Positions 51,431-60,908 of a stretch of 64,000 nucleotides of DNA are shown piece by piece. Each line of letters begins with the position of its first letter. Position 1 is the stretch's first letter. The DNA lies in the IMG/VR virus record IMGVR_UViG_3300032236_001850, positions 310,001 to 374,000 of that record. The stretch is one strand, 5' to 3'. A program made the translations under genes and the position numbers. The notes beneath the pieces were generated by a model. The model saw only the letters and a list, made by a program, of their open reading frames with translations, was not told the origin of the DNA and ran no database searches.

Positions 51431-51943
51431 ATGGCAACTCCTAAAAAAGAAACAGTTAAGAAACAGACACCCAAGAAAAGAGCTCCAAGAAAAGCGACTG
51501 TTGTTGAATCAGTAGAGACAAAGTTAACACCCAAATTTGACATCAAAACGATAGTTATAATTGTACTTCTTGTTTTTAGTTTGATTTTTGGTTTAATGTG
51601 GTTCTTTGGTGGAAACGATGCTTCCAAGGAAAGAGTAAAACAACTTGAAAGTGAATTTAAAAAGCTTGAAGAAGATAAAGCTGCAGCTGATGCTAAAATT
51701 GCAGATTGGCAAAACAAGTATAATGACGCAGATAAAAAGGACAAGGAGCTAGAAACTGAGGTTGTCAAATTGAAATCAGATTCCAAGATAGCACAGGAAA
51801 AGGCTAAAAAATCAAAGGAAGATCTTGATAAAGTTCAAGGCGGGATAACTGAAAATAGAAAGGAAATAGAAAATCTTAAAAATAATCCACCTACATTGAG
51901 CGACGAGCAACTTTTAGAAGCTTTAATCAAAAAAATGAATTAA
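51431..51943 (+). CDS. membrane-anchored coiled-coil protein (i-spanin-like topology)
   Basis: Basic N-terminus, one TM helix (IVIIVLLVFSLIFGLMWFF), long charged coiled coil. Confidence 0.55.
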   Translation: MATPKKETVKKQTPKKRAPRKATVVESVETKLTPKFDIKTIVIIVLLVFSLIFGLMWFFGGNDASKERVKQLESEFKKLEEDKAAADAKIADWQNKYNDADKKDKELETEVVKLKSDSKIAQEKAKKSKEDLDKVQGGITENRKEIENLKNNPPTLSDEQLLEALIKKMN

Positions 51944-51948
51944 TAGAA

Positions 51949-52461
51949 ATGAGAAAAATTTTTACATTATTAATGGCGTTAGTTTTGACGTCGCTATACT
52001 CACAAGTAACACCTGAAATAAAATATCCAAAATTTGAGACAGATTCACTTGGGCAAAAGGTTATAGTTATGACAATCCCGCAAGCGATGAAACTTAACAA
52101 TAACTCAGATCTTTTGGAAAAGTTTGAAGCTCAGGATATAAAAATGAAAGAATACGAGACACTTTGTGTCAAAGTTATTTCTGAAAAGGATGATGTGATT
52201 GCTAAGTTAAACCTAACAATAGGAAAACAAGATGGTCAATTATTAGTTAAGGACGAAAAAATCAAATCCCTCCAAGGTGAAATTTTGGGATGGATGGAAA
52301 GAAATGGTGTTCTTGAAAAACAATTGGCAAATAGACAGCAGGTAATAGATGAAAAAGATAAGCAATTAAGAAGATTAAAAACTAAGATGGTTGTCGGAGG
52401 AATAGGTGGTGGAGCTGTTATAGTTGGCCTTGTTCTTAAAGCTGTAGGAATCATCCACTAA
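51949..52461 (+). CDS. secreted coiled-coil protein with C-terminal Gly-rich hydrophobic helix
   Basis: Signal peptide MRKIFTLLMALVLTSLYS|Q; C-terminus MVVGGIGGGAVIVGLVLKAVGIIH. Confidence 0.55.
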   Translation: MRKIFTLLMALVLTSLYSQVTPEIKYPKFETDSLGQKVIVMTIPQAMKLNNNSDLLEKFEAQDIKMKEYETLCVKVISEKDDVIAKLNLTIGKQDGQLLVKDEKIKSLQGEILGWMERNGVLEKQLANRQQVIDEKDKQLRRLKTKMVVGGIGGGAVIVGLVLKAVGIIH

Positions 52462-52482
52462 AAATATTAAAAAAATATAAAA

Positions 52483-54792
52483 ATGGCATTTAGCACTTCA
52501 TCTAAATACGTTCAGATAACTCCATATTTACTTATGGAATATATGTATGCTGATCAACCTCAACCGGAGACACATTTTGTTAATACCGGTTCTTCGACTG
52601 TTGGTTACGATAAATTAGTAAATGGATTTAGATCGGGTGATGTACAGATTTTCAATCCAAATAATGATTATGATATAACGCATAATACAACACAGGATAG
52701 TGTTGTTAGGATAAGCGAAAACTCCTTTGTTACGTTAGATTCCAACCTTATCATACCATTCAATGATTATGCTGACGAATTAACTAATACTGCTAATTTA
52801 CCAATAGTATTTCCATCAAATCTTTTAGTTGTTTATGATAGCGTTAGGTATCATATTAGAGCTGGATATAATCTTGGAAACATAGATGGTCTTATAATGT
52901 CAATTGAATATACTGATGTAGATAATACACAAGTTCTTGTTTCACAGATACTTATAAAGAAAGGAACAAGCGAAGATTACAATCTAAATCCAAATCCTGT
53001 TACCATTGGTTCAAATATTTATGACAAGTATATTGAGATAAAAATCCCCAACCTTAGGGATATGAATAATAAATACCAAGCTGCTTCGTCTGTATTTAAA
53101 CCACAAACTTTAGCTGGACTTATTAGTCATAGTGGATTTGGATTCATATATAATGCTCCAATAAGAATAACTGCATGGCAAATCCAAAGTACTGTTGATT
53201 ATGCAGGTTATGCTAAATATGATTCTTCAAAAATAGCTACTCTTTCTCTCGAACAGGAAGATCAGTTTGGGAACATAGGTGCAACAATAAGACCTTCTGA
53301 CAGAGGTGAATTTTTTGAATTCTATGCAACTGATAATGAGGGATTCATTGAGGATTTTATATTGTTCCAAAATTCTTTGGGTAATGCTTATTATATAGGA
53401 CACCAAATCGAAGTGTTAGAACAGATTGGTGCATCACTTATAAGAACGTCACATTTTGATTCTGTACAAACAACAGCATATGATTCACCAAACTACTACA
53501 GACCGATAGTTAGGAATGCCGCTGTTGCAGCAAGTTTTACACTTAGATACACAATGACCCTTATTAATAGTGTCGATCAAAGTAGAACCATAAGAATATC
53601 TTCGTACACTTCAGCCAATCCAGCCGAATGGGGATTGAAAATAAAACCAATTCAGCTTAGTACTTTTCCACAGGTTCAGAAAATATACAATAGAATATAT
53701 TCTCAGCCAACAATAAACATGAACAGTAGTAACCCTGCTCCTAAGGAAATCCTAAAATACACTAATGTTTTTATAAATCAGAATTACGTTACAGCGAGCA
53801 TGGATAATCTTACTTTTACCAACAATTCATTAAGAGTTGATTCAGGTTCTTCCCAAACTGTTGCTATAGGTAGTGGTAAACTTACGATATCCATATCTCC
53901 ATTTGACACCTATATGAAATTCAAATTTATAAAAAGTGGACCTTCCGGAGATCCGGTTCCTATAGATCTTACAAGTTCTGGTGAATTCAATATTTCTTTT
54001 ATAGATCTTAGTGGTAGTAAAATACAAATACCTTCATTAAAGGATAACACCCTTGCAAATCCTGGATTGGGTGAGATTGCTTTTAAAATTGACGAATCAG
54101 CAGCTGGTAGAATTTTACAAATCAACGACCGAAGATTTTTCATAACAAATGGTGTTTCTATAAATCAAACAAACCTTTCTGCTACAGAAAAGAGCACAAT
54201 AACTGTGAATGCTGGAACAACAAATAATGTTTTAGAAAAAAGTATTGAAAGCGTTATAGCAGATAGAAGAGATGCTAATAAAGCTATAAAAGGTGCAAAT
54301 AACTATGTTAATACAGCAGCACAGAATAATATATTAACTCCTGTTAACAATTCAAATTCTGTTATATATTGGGGTTATTGGAAAAAGAACGGAGAGGAAG
54401 ATTTTGCTACCGGAGCTACTGGGTCTACAAGCTTACCTGTTTCTATGGGAAGCACAGGAGCAACAGCCGCTGCTGTTCCGAACCAAGTCAATGCTCCTGC
54501 GTCATCAATTAGATCGATAATGCCAGCAACGTCAGGATCAGGTACAGCGGGTATAGGTACGCCAACAGCAGCTTCAACAAATCAAACTCTAGCTGGATCC
54601 GCTTTAATAGCATCATTGAGTGCTGAAATGAACGGTTATAAAGCTATTGGTTGGGCTGATCAAACAGTAATAGATTATTTCCTTACTCCTGGTAAACCTG
54701 GAAGAATAAAATATCCAAATATAACAAAAGCTGATGTTGTTAAAGCTGGTAATGGTATATTAGCGCCTGCATCTTTAAAAAAATTAACTTAA
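52483..54792 (+). CDS. putative virion structural protein
   Basis: 769 aa, beta-rich, with an A/T/G/S-rich linker near the C-terminus. Confidence 0.5.
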   Translation: MAFSTSSKYVQITPYLLMEYMYADQPQPETHFVNTGSSTVGYDKLVNGFRSGDVQIFNPNNDYDITHNTTQDSVVRISENSFVTLDSNLIIPFNDYADELTNTANLPIVFPSNLLVVYDSVRYHIRAGYNLGNIDGLIMSIEYTDVDNTQVLVSQILIKKGTSEDYNLNPNPVTIGSNIYDKYIEIKIPNLRDMNNKYQAASSVFKPQTLAGLISHSGFGFIYNAPIRITAWQIQSTVDYAGYAKYDSSKIATLSLEQEDQFGNIGATIRPSDRGEFFEFYATDNEGFIEDFILFQNSLGNAYYIGHQIEVLEQIGASLIRTSHFDSVQTTAYDSPNYYRPIVRNAAVAASFTLRYTMTLINSVDQSRTIRISSYTSANPAEWGLKIKPIQLSTFPQVQKIYNRIYSQPTINMNSSNPAPKEILKYTNVFINQNYVTASMDNLTFTNNSLRVDSGSSQTVAIGSGKLTISISPFDTYMKFKFIKSGPSGDPVPIDLTSSGEFNISFIDLSGSKIQIPSLKDNTLANPGLGEIAFKIDESAAGRILQINDRRFFITNGVSINQTNLSATEKSTITVNAGTTNNVLEKSIESVIADRRDANKAIKGANNYVNTAAQNNILTPVNNSNSVIYWGYWKKNGEEDFATGATGSTSLPVSMGSTGATAAAVPNQVNAPASSIRSIMPATSGSGTAGIGTPTAASTNQTLAGSALIASLSAEMNGYKAIGWADQTVIDYFLTPGKPGRIKYPNITKADVVKAGNGILAPASLKKLT

Positions 54793-54796
54793 TCCA

Positions 54797-55345
54797 ATGT
54801 TATTAAACCCAAAAGGTAATAGTTTTTATTTTGTATTTCCTAAAGGATTTTTCCCTCCTAAAGTTGTTGATAAATATTTGCCTTATATCAAAAAACAACC
54901 TGTGCCCTTTGATAATATTAGTGATTACATGAATAGCACAATTCAGACTATAGGGTTTCCTAATATGACGATAGATTCAGTGGAACAGATTAGAAATCTC
55001 GGTAAGAAAATATCATACAAGAGTTCAACGAACGTTCAAGATTTATTCTCCCACGATTTTAGTATTGGATTTAAGAATGTCGATGGGTTTATAAACTATT
55101 TCATCATGCTCGATACCATATTACATTTTTTAAATTTTGAAAATCCGGAGTTGAGATTACCAAATTTGCCATTAAGAATAATGGACAATGAAGGAAATAT
55201 AGTAACATCCGTAACGTTCAAAGAGGTAATATTAACATCATATTCGGAATTGCAATTGAGTTATTCAGCTAATGCAAATCAATTCACACCATTTACTTTA
55301 GGTTTCAAATGTAACTACCTTGATATAGTTCTAGAAGCAAAGTAG
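54797..55345 (+). CDS. tail-tube-fold protein, T4 gp3-like tail completion protein
   Basis: 182 aa; IQTIGFPNMTI...FINYFIM...LRIMDNEGN..VTFKEV...L.Y...FTLGF fits the gp3/gp19 fold; lies near uvsY/uvsW as in other T4-like phages. Confidence 0.55.
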   Translation: MLLNPKGNSFYFVFPKGFFPPKVVDKYLPYIKKQPVPFDNISDYMNSTIQTIGFPNMTIDSVEQIRNLGKKISYKSSTNVQDLFSHDFSIGFKNVDGFINYFIMLDTILHFLNFENPELRLPNLPLRIMDNEGNIVTSVTFKEVILTSYSELQLSYSANANQFTPFTLGFKCNYLDIVLEAK

Positions 55346-55352
55346 ATATATA
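55345..55352 (+). promoter_or_regulatory. GATATATA motif, putative late promoter
   Basis: Overlaps the TAG stop; 19 nt before ATG 55372. Confidence 0.5.
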
Positions 55353-55371
55353 CTTAAACAAACAATTTAAA

Positions 55372-55608
55372 ATGAAAACATTCTCAAATTTAAAAGAACT
55401 AAACGAAGCAAAATATGGCCAGCCGTTATATAGCGAAAAGGACCATATGAAGAATCTTCTTATTGCTGCTTGTGGTAATGATAGAAGAGTTCTTGATGAC
55501 ATCGTAGATTGCCTTACTGATGAGCAAGTTAAGTCTTGTTTTACTAAGTTATCTAAAGTGTATGGAACAACAAATTCGGTTGGACAAAAACAGGATATTA
55601 ATCAGTAA
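55372..55608 (+). CDS. small protein with capsid-targeting-like N-terminus (possible internal head protein)
   Basis: MKTFSNLKELNEA; preceded by GATATATA. Confidence 0.55.
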   Translation: MKTFSNLKELNEAKYGQPLYSEKDHMKNLLIAACGNDRRVLDDIVDCLTDEQVKSCFTKLSKVYGTTNSVGQKQDINQ

Positions 55609-55620
55609 TACATAAATTAT

Positions 55621-56334
55621 ATGAATTTAGTCGGAATCGACTTCTCACTGAATTCTCCAGCTTTTTGTTGTTTTAAGAACAATAGATATATATGGGGATC
55701 AGTTTCAAGATCAGACAGAACGTCTGAATCTTTATTAAAAAACAAGAAAAAACCATATTTTATACTTGATTCTAACGATAGCTTTATTGTAAAGATATTA
55801 GAGAAACAGGAATTTACTACAGAGTATTCTGCTAGGGAAAGAGAAAAAATGGGATATTTCTTAGAAATTGTTGAAGTTCTTTGGAATTCTATACTTGAGA
55901 TCATGGGCGATGAGCCATTCCATGTAGCAATGGAGGGTTTAAGTTTTTCGTCCAATGGTAACTCACTTGTAGACATCTCGATGGCAACAGCTCTACTGAG
56001 AGAAAGAATAATAGATAGAATTGGAAGTGAAAATTTTTATGTTTTCTCACCAACAACTCTTAAAAAATTCGCAGTTAAGGGCAACGCAAAAAAGGATGAA
56101 TTGTATCACGCATTATATAATTTAAGAGAGGATGAAACAAACTTGAATGTGTTCTGTAAGATATTAGAAGAGAATAAAAACGAATGGATAACTAAGGCTA
56201 AGGCAATAAACAAGCCAATAGATGATGTTGTCGATTCAACTTGGGTAAACTTGTATTTAAAAGAGGAATTAAGAGGGAATAATGAAATTATTAAAGGAAA
56301 AAAGAATAACAAAACTACAAAGAAATTGGGATAA
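55621..56334 (+). CDS. RuvC-like (RNase H fold) nuclease / Holliday junction resolvase
   Basis: LVGIDFSLNSPA, VAMEGLSF, PTTLKKFA..GNAKKDEL, DDVVDS: acidic catalytic residues in RuvC order. Confidence 0.75.
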   Translation: MNLVGIDFSLNSPAFCCFKNNRYIWGSVSRSDRTSESLLKNKKKPYFILDSNDSFIVKILEKQEFTTEYSAREREKMGYFLEIVEVLWNSILEIMGDEPFHVAMEGLSFSSNGNSLVDISMATALLRERIIDRIGSENFYVFSPTTLKKFAVKGNAKKDELYHALYNLREDETNLNVFCKILEENKNEWITKAKAINKPIDDVVDSTWVNLYLKEELRGNNEIIKGKKNNKTTKKLG

Positions 56335-56405
56335 AATTCTATTGACTCTTTCTGAGCAATCCCCAATAATCGAACAAGCAATCAATATTTTATCATATAC
56401 AATTT

Positions 56406-56436
56406 GACACTAGGTACAACTATCTGGTGTCTTTTT
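56406..56436 (+). terminator. intrinsic terminator-like hairpin
   Basis: 11-bp stem GACACTAGGTA / TATCTGGTGTC (two G-U pairs), loop CAAC, followed by TTTTT. Confidence 0.65.
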
Positions 56437-56491
56437 GCTGTTTGGTATTCACCATAAAAAATAAAAAAAATGTAATATTATAAGATTAGAG

Positions 56492-56572
56492 GAAACAAAA
56501 AGAAAAACAAAAGTAAAATTTAAAGAATTTAAAACAAATTAAAAAACAAAATTAAAAAAAAATTAAGAAAAG
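56492..56572 (+). promoter_or_regulatory. A-rich unstructured leader with ATTAA/TTAAA repeats (putative gp32 autogenous translational operator)
   Basis: AATTTAAAG AATTTAAAAC AAATTAAAAAAC AAAATTAAAAAAA AATTAAGAAAAG then ATG. Confidence 0.5.
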
Positions 56573-57550
56573 ATGAGTAATTTAGACATTTTCAATTTAG
56601 ATGCAGAGGCATTCGTAACAAAAGTTCCAACATCAGGAGGAGACAAAGATGATTTTTATAAACCATACCCAGAAGATGGTAAAGATGGAGTTTATAAATC
56701 ATTAATCAGATTCTTACCAAATCCAGAGAATCCAGCAAAATCAAAAATCCACAAATATTATGTTTATTTGAAAGATCCAGTAAGTGGTGATGGATTTTCT
56801 GCAGACTGTCCTTCAACCGTTGGTAAAAAATCAGTATTAAAGGATTTATTCTGGAAGCTTAAGAATTCACATTCTGCCGCTGACCAGGAGTTATCTAAAA
56901 ACTTCGCAAGAAAAGAGGATTTTTATTCTCTAGTTCAAATCGTACAAGATAAAAATAGACCAGAATTGGAAGGCAAAATTATGATCTTTAAATTCGGTAA
57001 AAAACTTAACGATATGATCGAAGCTCAATTGCAACCAGAATATGGTGCACCTTGTAATCCTTTCGATCTTTTCGAAGGTAGAGAATTTTCTGTAAGTGTA
57101 AGAAAAGTTGGTGAATGGAACAACTACGATCTTTGTTCTTTCGTTGGTGAAAAAACAGCAATCAAAGTTAATGGTAAATCAATGGAGAAAAACCAAAAAG
57201 ATATGGAAGTTATCCTTGCTTACTTAAACGAGGGTCCTAAAAATCTTACTAGCTTTGATTATAAAGACTGGGATGACGATCTTACAGAGAAAGTTATGAA
57301 TGTTATTAGAAATAGCGTTCCTGAGCAAAGAGTTCTTAATGAGATCTTAGGTGGAGCTGCTTCAGCACCTTCTAGACCAGCACCTCAAGCTGCTCCTAGA
57401 TCATCTGCTCCACAAACAAGTAATTCTGCTAATGATCTTTATGATGAGGTTAGCAACACAAAGGTAAGTGGATATGAAAACACTGCACCTTCAGCTCCTA
57501 GCACAGCTAGTGCAACAAATTCATTAGAGGATCTTTATAACGACCTATAA
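56573..57550 (+). CDS. single-stranded DNA-binding protein, T4 gp32-like
   Basis: IRFLP, DCPSTVGK, GKIMIFKFGKK, NPFDLFEGREF, NYD; Ala/Pro linker and acidic tail LEDLYNDL. Confidence 0.9.
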   Translation: MSNLDIFNLDAEAFVTKVPTSGGDKDDFYKPYPEDGKDGVYKSLIRFLPNPENPAKSKIHKYYVYLKDPVSGDGFSADCPSTVGKKSVLKDLFWKLKNSHSAADQELSKNFARKEDFYSLVQIVQDKNRPELEGKIMIFKFGKKLNDMIEAQLQPEYGAPCNPFDLFEGREFSVSVRKVGEWNNYDLCSFVGEKTAIKVNGKSMEKNQKDMEVILAYLNEGPKNLTSFDYKDWDDDLTEKVMNVIRNSVPEQRVLNEILGGAASAPSRPAPQAAPRSSAPQTSNSANDLYDEVSNTKVSGYENTAPSAPSTASATNSLEDLYNDL

Positions 57551-57562
57551 TATTTTATAAAT

Positions 57563-57600
57563 AAAGGGACATCTCCTTAGACGAGTTGTCCCTTTTTATT
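57563..57600 (+). terminator. intrinsic terminator after the SSB gene
   Basis: Stem AAAGGGACA (57563-57571) / TGTCCCTTT (57587-57595), inner CTC/GAG pairing, T-rich tail. Confidence 0.75.
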
Positions 57601-57608
57601 TTATAGAG

Positions 57609-58673
57609 ATGCAACTAGATAAAATCGAAAAAGCGGTAAGGGATGTCCTGGCTAAGGAATTTTCAGGAAATCCAAATAAACAAATAGTTTACAAAGCGGG
57701 GAATCGTTTGAATTTCTCGTGCCCTTATTGTGGAGATTCGAATGATGCTAGAAAGAAAAGAGGTAACTTCTATATGGACACTATGGCTTATAAATGCTAT
57801 AATGGTGGATGTGGAATTTACAAGGATTCTATATCCTTCTTTAAGGATTTTTCTCTGTATGGTAGGTTTAGTGGTGACGAGCGAGAGGAATTAAGATCAA
57901 TCATAGATAATAATAAAACAAGAAGAAGATCTGCTATAGGTAAAATAGACATCACTTATTTCTTTGATAATGATATAAGTGATCTTCTGATACCAAGATC
58001 AGATTTTATTAAGAAGCTTAGATTGCAGGAAGTTTTTGGTTCGTCCATACACAGGTATATTACTAGAAGACAACAAAAGCCAGATATGAAATTTGCTTGG
58101 GATCCAAGAAAGGAAAGACTCTTTCTTTTCAATCTTACTCCCGATGAAAAAATAATCGGGCTCCAAGTTAGAAATATGAACTCAATAAAAGGAAGTTCTA
58201 AGTATTTAACTTATAAGCTTAGTGGAATATACGAAAAGCTCTTAAATGTTACCGATGAGACAATTTTAGATAGAGCAAGAGATGTCGATCCTATATCTAA
58301 TGTTTTTGGTATTGGTAACTTGGATTTTTCTAGTGATATTACAGTTTTTGAAGGTCCTATGGATTCCTTCTTTTGGCCAAACTCTGTTGGTTTATGTTCC
58401 CTTGAGAATAGATTCCCATTCGATGTTGAAAATAAAAAATACTTCTATGACTGGGATAAAGCTGGTATAGGAAAAAGTATGGATCTCCTAAGTAAGGGTG
58501 AGACTGTTTTCAATTGGGGTAAATTCTTAGAGGAGAATGGAATAACAAAGAATCGAAAATGGGATCTTAATGAACTTGTTGTACATCTAAGAGCAATAGG
58601 AAAAAAGGTTAAAAGAATGGATAATTATTTCACTAATGATATACTTGACCTCAGATATTTTATCAATGACTAA
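57609..58673 (+). CDS. DNA primase, T4 gp61-like
   Basis: Zn ribbon CPYCGD...KCYNGGC; TOPRIM motifs VFEGPMDS and YDWDKAG; KWDLNE. Confidence 0.85.
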   Translation: MQLDKIEKAVRDVLAKEFSGNPNKQIVYKAGNRLNFSCPYCGDSNDARKKRGNFYMDTMAYKCYNGGCGIYKDSISFFKDFSLYGRFSGDEREELRSIIDNNKTRRRSAIGKIDITYFFDNDISDLLIPRSDFIKKLRLQEVFGSSIHRYITRRQQKPDMKFAWDPRKERLFLFNLTPDEKIIGLQVRNMNSIKGSSKYLTYKLSGIYEKLLNVTDETILDRARDVDPISNVFGIGNLDFSSDITVFEGPMDSFFWPNSVGLCSLENRFPFDVENKKYFYDWDKAGIGKSMDLLSKGETVFNWGKFLEENGITKNRKWDLNELVVHLRAIGKKVKRMDNYFTNDILDLRYFIND

Positions 58674-58911
58674 AATTGATCAGGAAAATCTAATAGAGGA
58701 TTGGGAGAATGAATTGCTAAAAAATCAGGAATCTAAAATAAAATTCCCGATAATTGTTAAAGGTGATGAATCCTTAAATGTGAATGTGGATTTTTCTGAA
58801 CCAAAAATAAAAGAACCAACCGAGAAAAAGGTTGTTAAAAATAAAAACGAAATCAGGGTTTTAGATCTTCCTAAAAAAAGAAGCTCTAAAAACAAACCAA
58901 AATTATTTTAA
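58666..58911 (+). CDS. hypothetical protein
   Basis: Track gives 58636; the ATG at 58666 overlapping the primase stop is more likely. Confidence 0.55.
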   Translation: MTKIDQENLIEDWENELLKNQESKIKFPIIVKGDESLNVNVDFSEPKIKEPTEKKVVKNKNEIRVLDLPKKRSSKNKPKLF

Positions 58912-58912
58912 T

Positions 58913-59356
58913 ATGTCTGAACAAAAAGCAGATTTCGGAAAGATTTTCGAAAACGAGAGAGAAGAGTGGAAAGAAAAAATACAGGTGCTCTCGTTAAATA
59001 TGAAGGACATCAAAACCTTAGCAAAAGCTCAGGTTGATATGTTCAGTTATAGACAGGTGCTATTGGAATATAGCTATAAATTAGCCGGTATAGTTTCCAA
59101 ATTAAACTCCAAATATAAATCTGACAAGGCACGAAAAATGAGAGAATATTCGGAACAGATGAATGTTAGATATGGAGCAACTGAAAAAATGTTGCTTATC
59201 GAGGGAGATCTGGTTGAGATATCAGAAAAAATGGAACTTGTTGAGAATCATAGAAAATTCATCGATCAGACGATACAGACTGTTGATCACATGTTATATG
59301 GGGTTAGACAAAGAATAGCTTTGGAGGACTATTTAAGAGGCTCCACTGTAAAATAA
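58913..59356 (+). CDS. uvsY: recombination mediator, UvsY-like
   Basis: 147-aa helical protein immediately upstream of uvsW; LLIEGD...FIDQTIQTV..M.Y.VR..I pattern. Confidence 0.6.
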   Translation: MSEQKADFGKIFENEREEWKEKIQVLSLNMKDIKTLAKAQVDMFSYRQVLLEYSYKLAGIVSKLNSKYKSDKARKMREYSEQMNVRYGATEKMLLIEGDLVEISEKMELVENHRKFIDQTIQTVDHMLYGVRQRIALEDYLRGSTVK

Positions 59357-59366
59357 GAATTATAGC

Positions 59367-60908
59367 ATGTTAAAATTTAGAGTAACTGACGATCATCAAT
59401 GGATGCTCCTATTGGAAGCATTGGACGAGGTTGAGAAAAAACAGGTTGAGATATCTTTAACACAAAAGATACATAATCATTTTTTTCACCCTTTGGTGAA
59501 GAAAAAGATATGGGACGGATCAATATGTTTCATAGAAAAGAAGGGTGGATTTTGGAAGGTTCCAATAGGACTCTGGAGAGAACTTTTAGATATTGGAGAA
59601 AAATATAAAATCCAAATCAATATCGAGGGTCTGAATAATGTAATAACCAATGATATAAAACTTGAAGATTTTACTCAATGGGTTATGGAATTCTTTGAAG
59701 GAGGGATTGGTGGAAATCCAGAAAAGATGCCAAGAGATTATCAAATAGAGACAGCATGGAAAATTCTTAGATATAGATATTCAGTTTCTGAGGTTGCTAC
59801 ATCATCAGGAAAAACACTTATTTCATTTATGATATTTGCTTATCTCAAATCTAAAGGTCTTGCTAGAAAGATACTTATGATCGTGCCAAATTCCAATCTG
59901 GTTTTTCAGGGTAATGACGATTTTGAGGAATATGGTCTTGATAAATTGGATGGCGTTAAAATACAGCAAATTGGAGGCGGAAGTAAAATGAAGGATGGCT
60001 GTGATATTATAATAGGAACATACCAATCCCTAGTTAAGAGAGAATCTGATTTTTTCGAGGAGGTTGATTGTGTTTTTATAGATGAGGCACATCATACCAA
60101 TAGTACATCAATAAAGAAGATAGTTTCTCAATGTATGCATTCCAAATGGAGATTTGGCCTTACTGGAACTCTAACAAAAAAAGGGACTGCCGACTATCTA
60201 ACAATCCAACAATTTCTTGGACCTTTAGTTATGGAAATACCTCCAAGTTTTCTTTTTGATAATGGATATGCAACTCCAGTTTCCATAAAGGTTGTCACTA
60301 TGGATTGGCTTGATCCCGTTTATAAGGAAAAGCTAGCAGATTTAAAACTCAGCGACAATAATGTCGAGGGTAACGAAATTTATAATCTTGAAAGAAAATT
60401 AGTTATTGAAAGCAAGGTTAGGCTAAATTATGTTACAGATTTTATAAATAAAACCTCTAAAAATTCTCTTGTTCTTTTCCAATCAGTTAAGGAAGAATAC
60501 GGTAAGCAAATATGGAATCTTCTTAGAGAATTAAATGGCGATAGAGAGGTGTTTTATGTCGATGGCGACACGAGTGAGGCTTTGAGAGAGGAATATAAGA
60601 GAAGAATGTCAATTGGCTCTAATAAGGTCTTAATTGCGACATACGGAACTTTCTCAACAGGTATATCCATAAATAACTTACATAATATATTTCTTGTTGA
60701 GTCCTATAAAAGTGAAATTTTAATTAAACAAAGTTTAGGTAGGGGAATGCGTAAGATGGAGGGCAAGGAAAAAGTTAATGTTATAGATTTCGTTGATGAT
60801 TTTAGCACAAGAAAATATAAGAGCTATTTAGCTAAGCATAGTCTGGAAAGAATAGAAATCTACAAGAAGGAAGGTTTTGAATATAAGATTTACAATGTTA
60901 AACTTTAA
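59367..60908 (+). CDS. uvsW: SF2 DNA helicase, UvsW-like
   Basis: PRDYQ, ATSSGKT, DEAHH, FGLTGT, TFSTGISI, QSLGRGMR, IDFVDD. Confidence 0.9.
   Translation: MLKFRVTDDHQWMLLLEALDEVEKKQVEISLTQKIHNHFFHPLVKKKIWDGSICFIEKKGGFWKVPIGLWRELLDIGEKYKIQINIEGLNNVITNDIKLEDFTQWVMEFFEGGIGGNPEKMPRDYQIETAWKILRYRYSVSEVATSSGKTLISFMIFAYLKSKGLARKILMIVPNSNLVFQGNDDFEEYGLDKLDGVKIQQIGGGSKMKDGCDIIIGTYQSLVKRESDFFEEVDCVFIDEAHHTNSTSIKKIVSQCMHSKWRFGLTGTLTKKGTADYLTIQQFLGPLVMEIPPSFLFDNGYATPVSIKVVTMDWLDPVYKEKLADLKLSDNNVEGNEIYNLERKLVIESKVRLNYVTDFINKTSKNSLVLFQSVKEEYGKQIWNLLRELNGDREVFYVDGDTSEALREEYKRRMSIGSNKVLIATYGTFSTGISINNLHNIFLVESYKSEILIKQSLGRGMRKMEGKEKVNVIDFVDDFSTRKYKSYLAKHSLERIEIYKKEGFEYKIYNVKL

Noticed and set aside
51428-51433. 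In-frame TAG-ATG junction suggesting stop-codon readthrough or genetic code 15
   Set aside because: ORFs up to 1849 aa contain no internal TAG, and TAG ends several complete genes; both flanking ORFs look self-contained
57556-57563. T4 late promoter consensus TATAAATA before the primase gene
   Set aside because: Only intergenic instance noticed, it overlaps a terminator stem in AT-rich DNA, and structural genes use GATATATA instead
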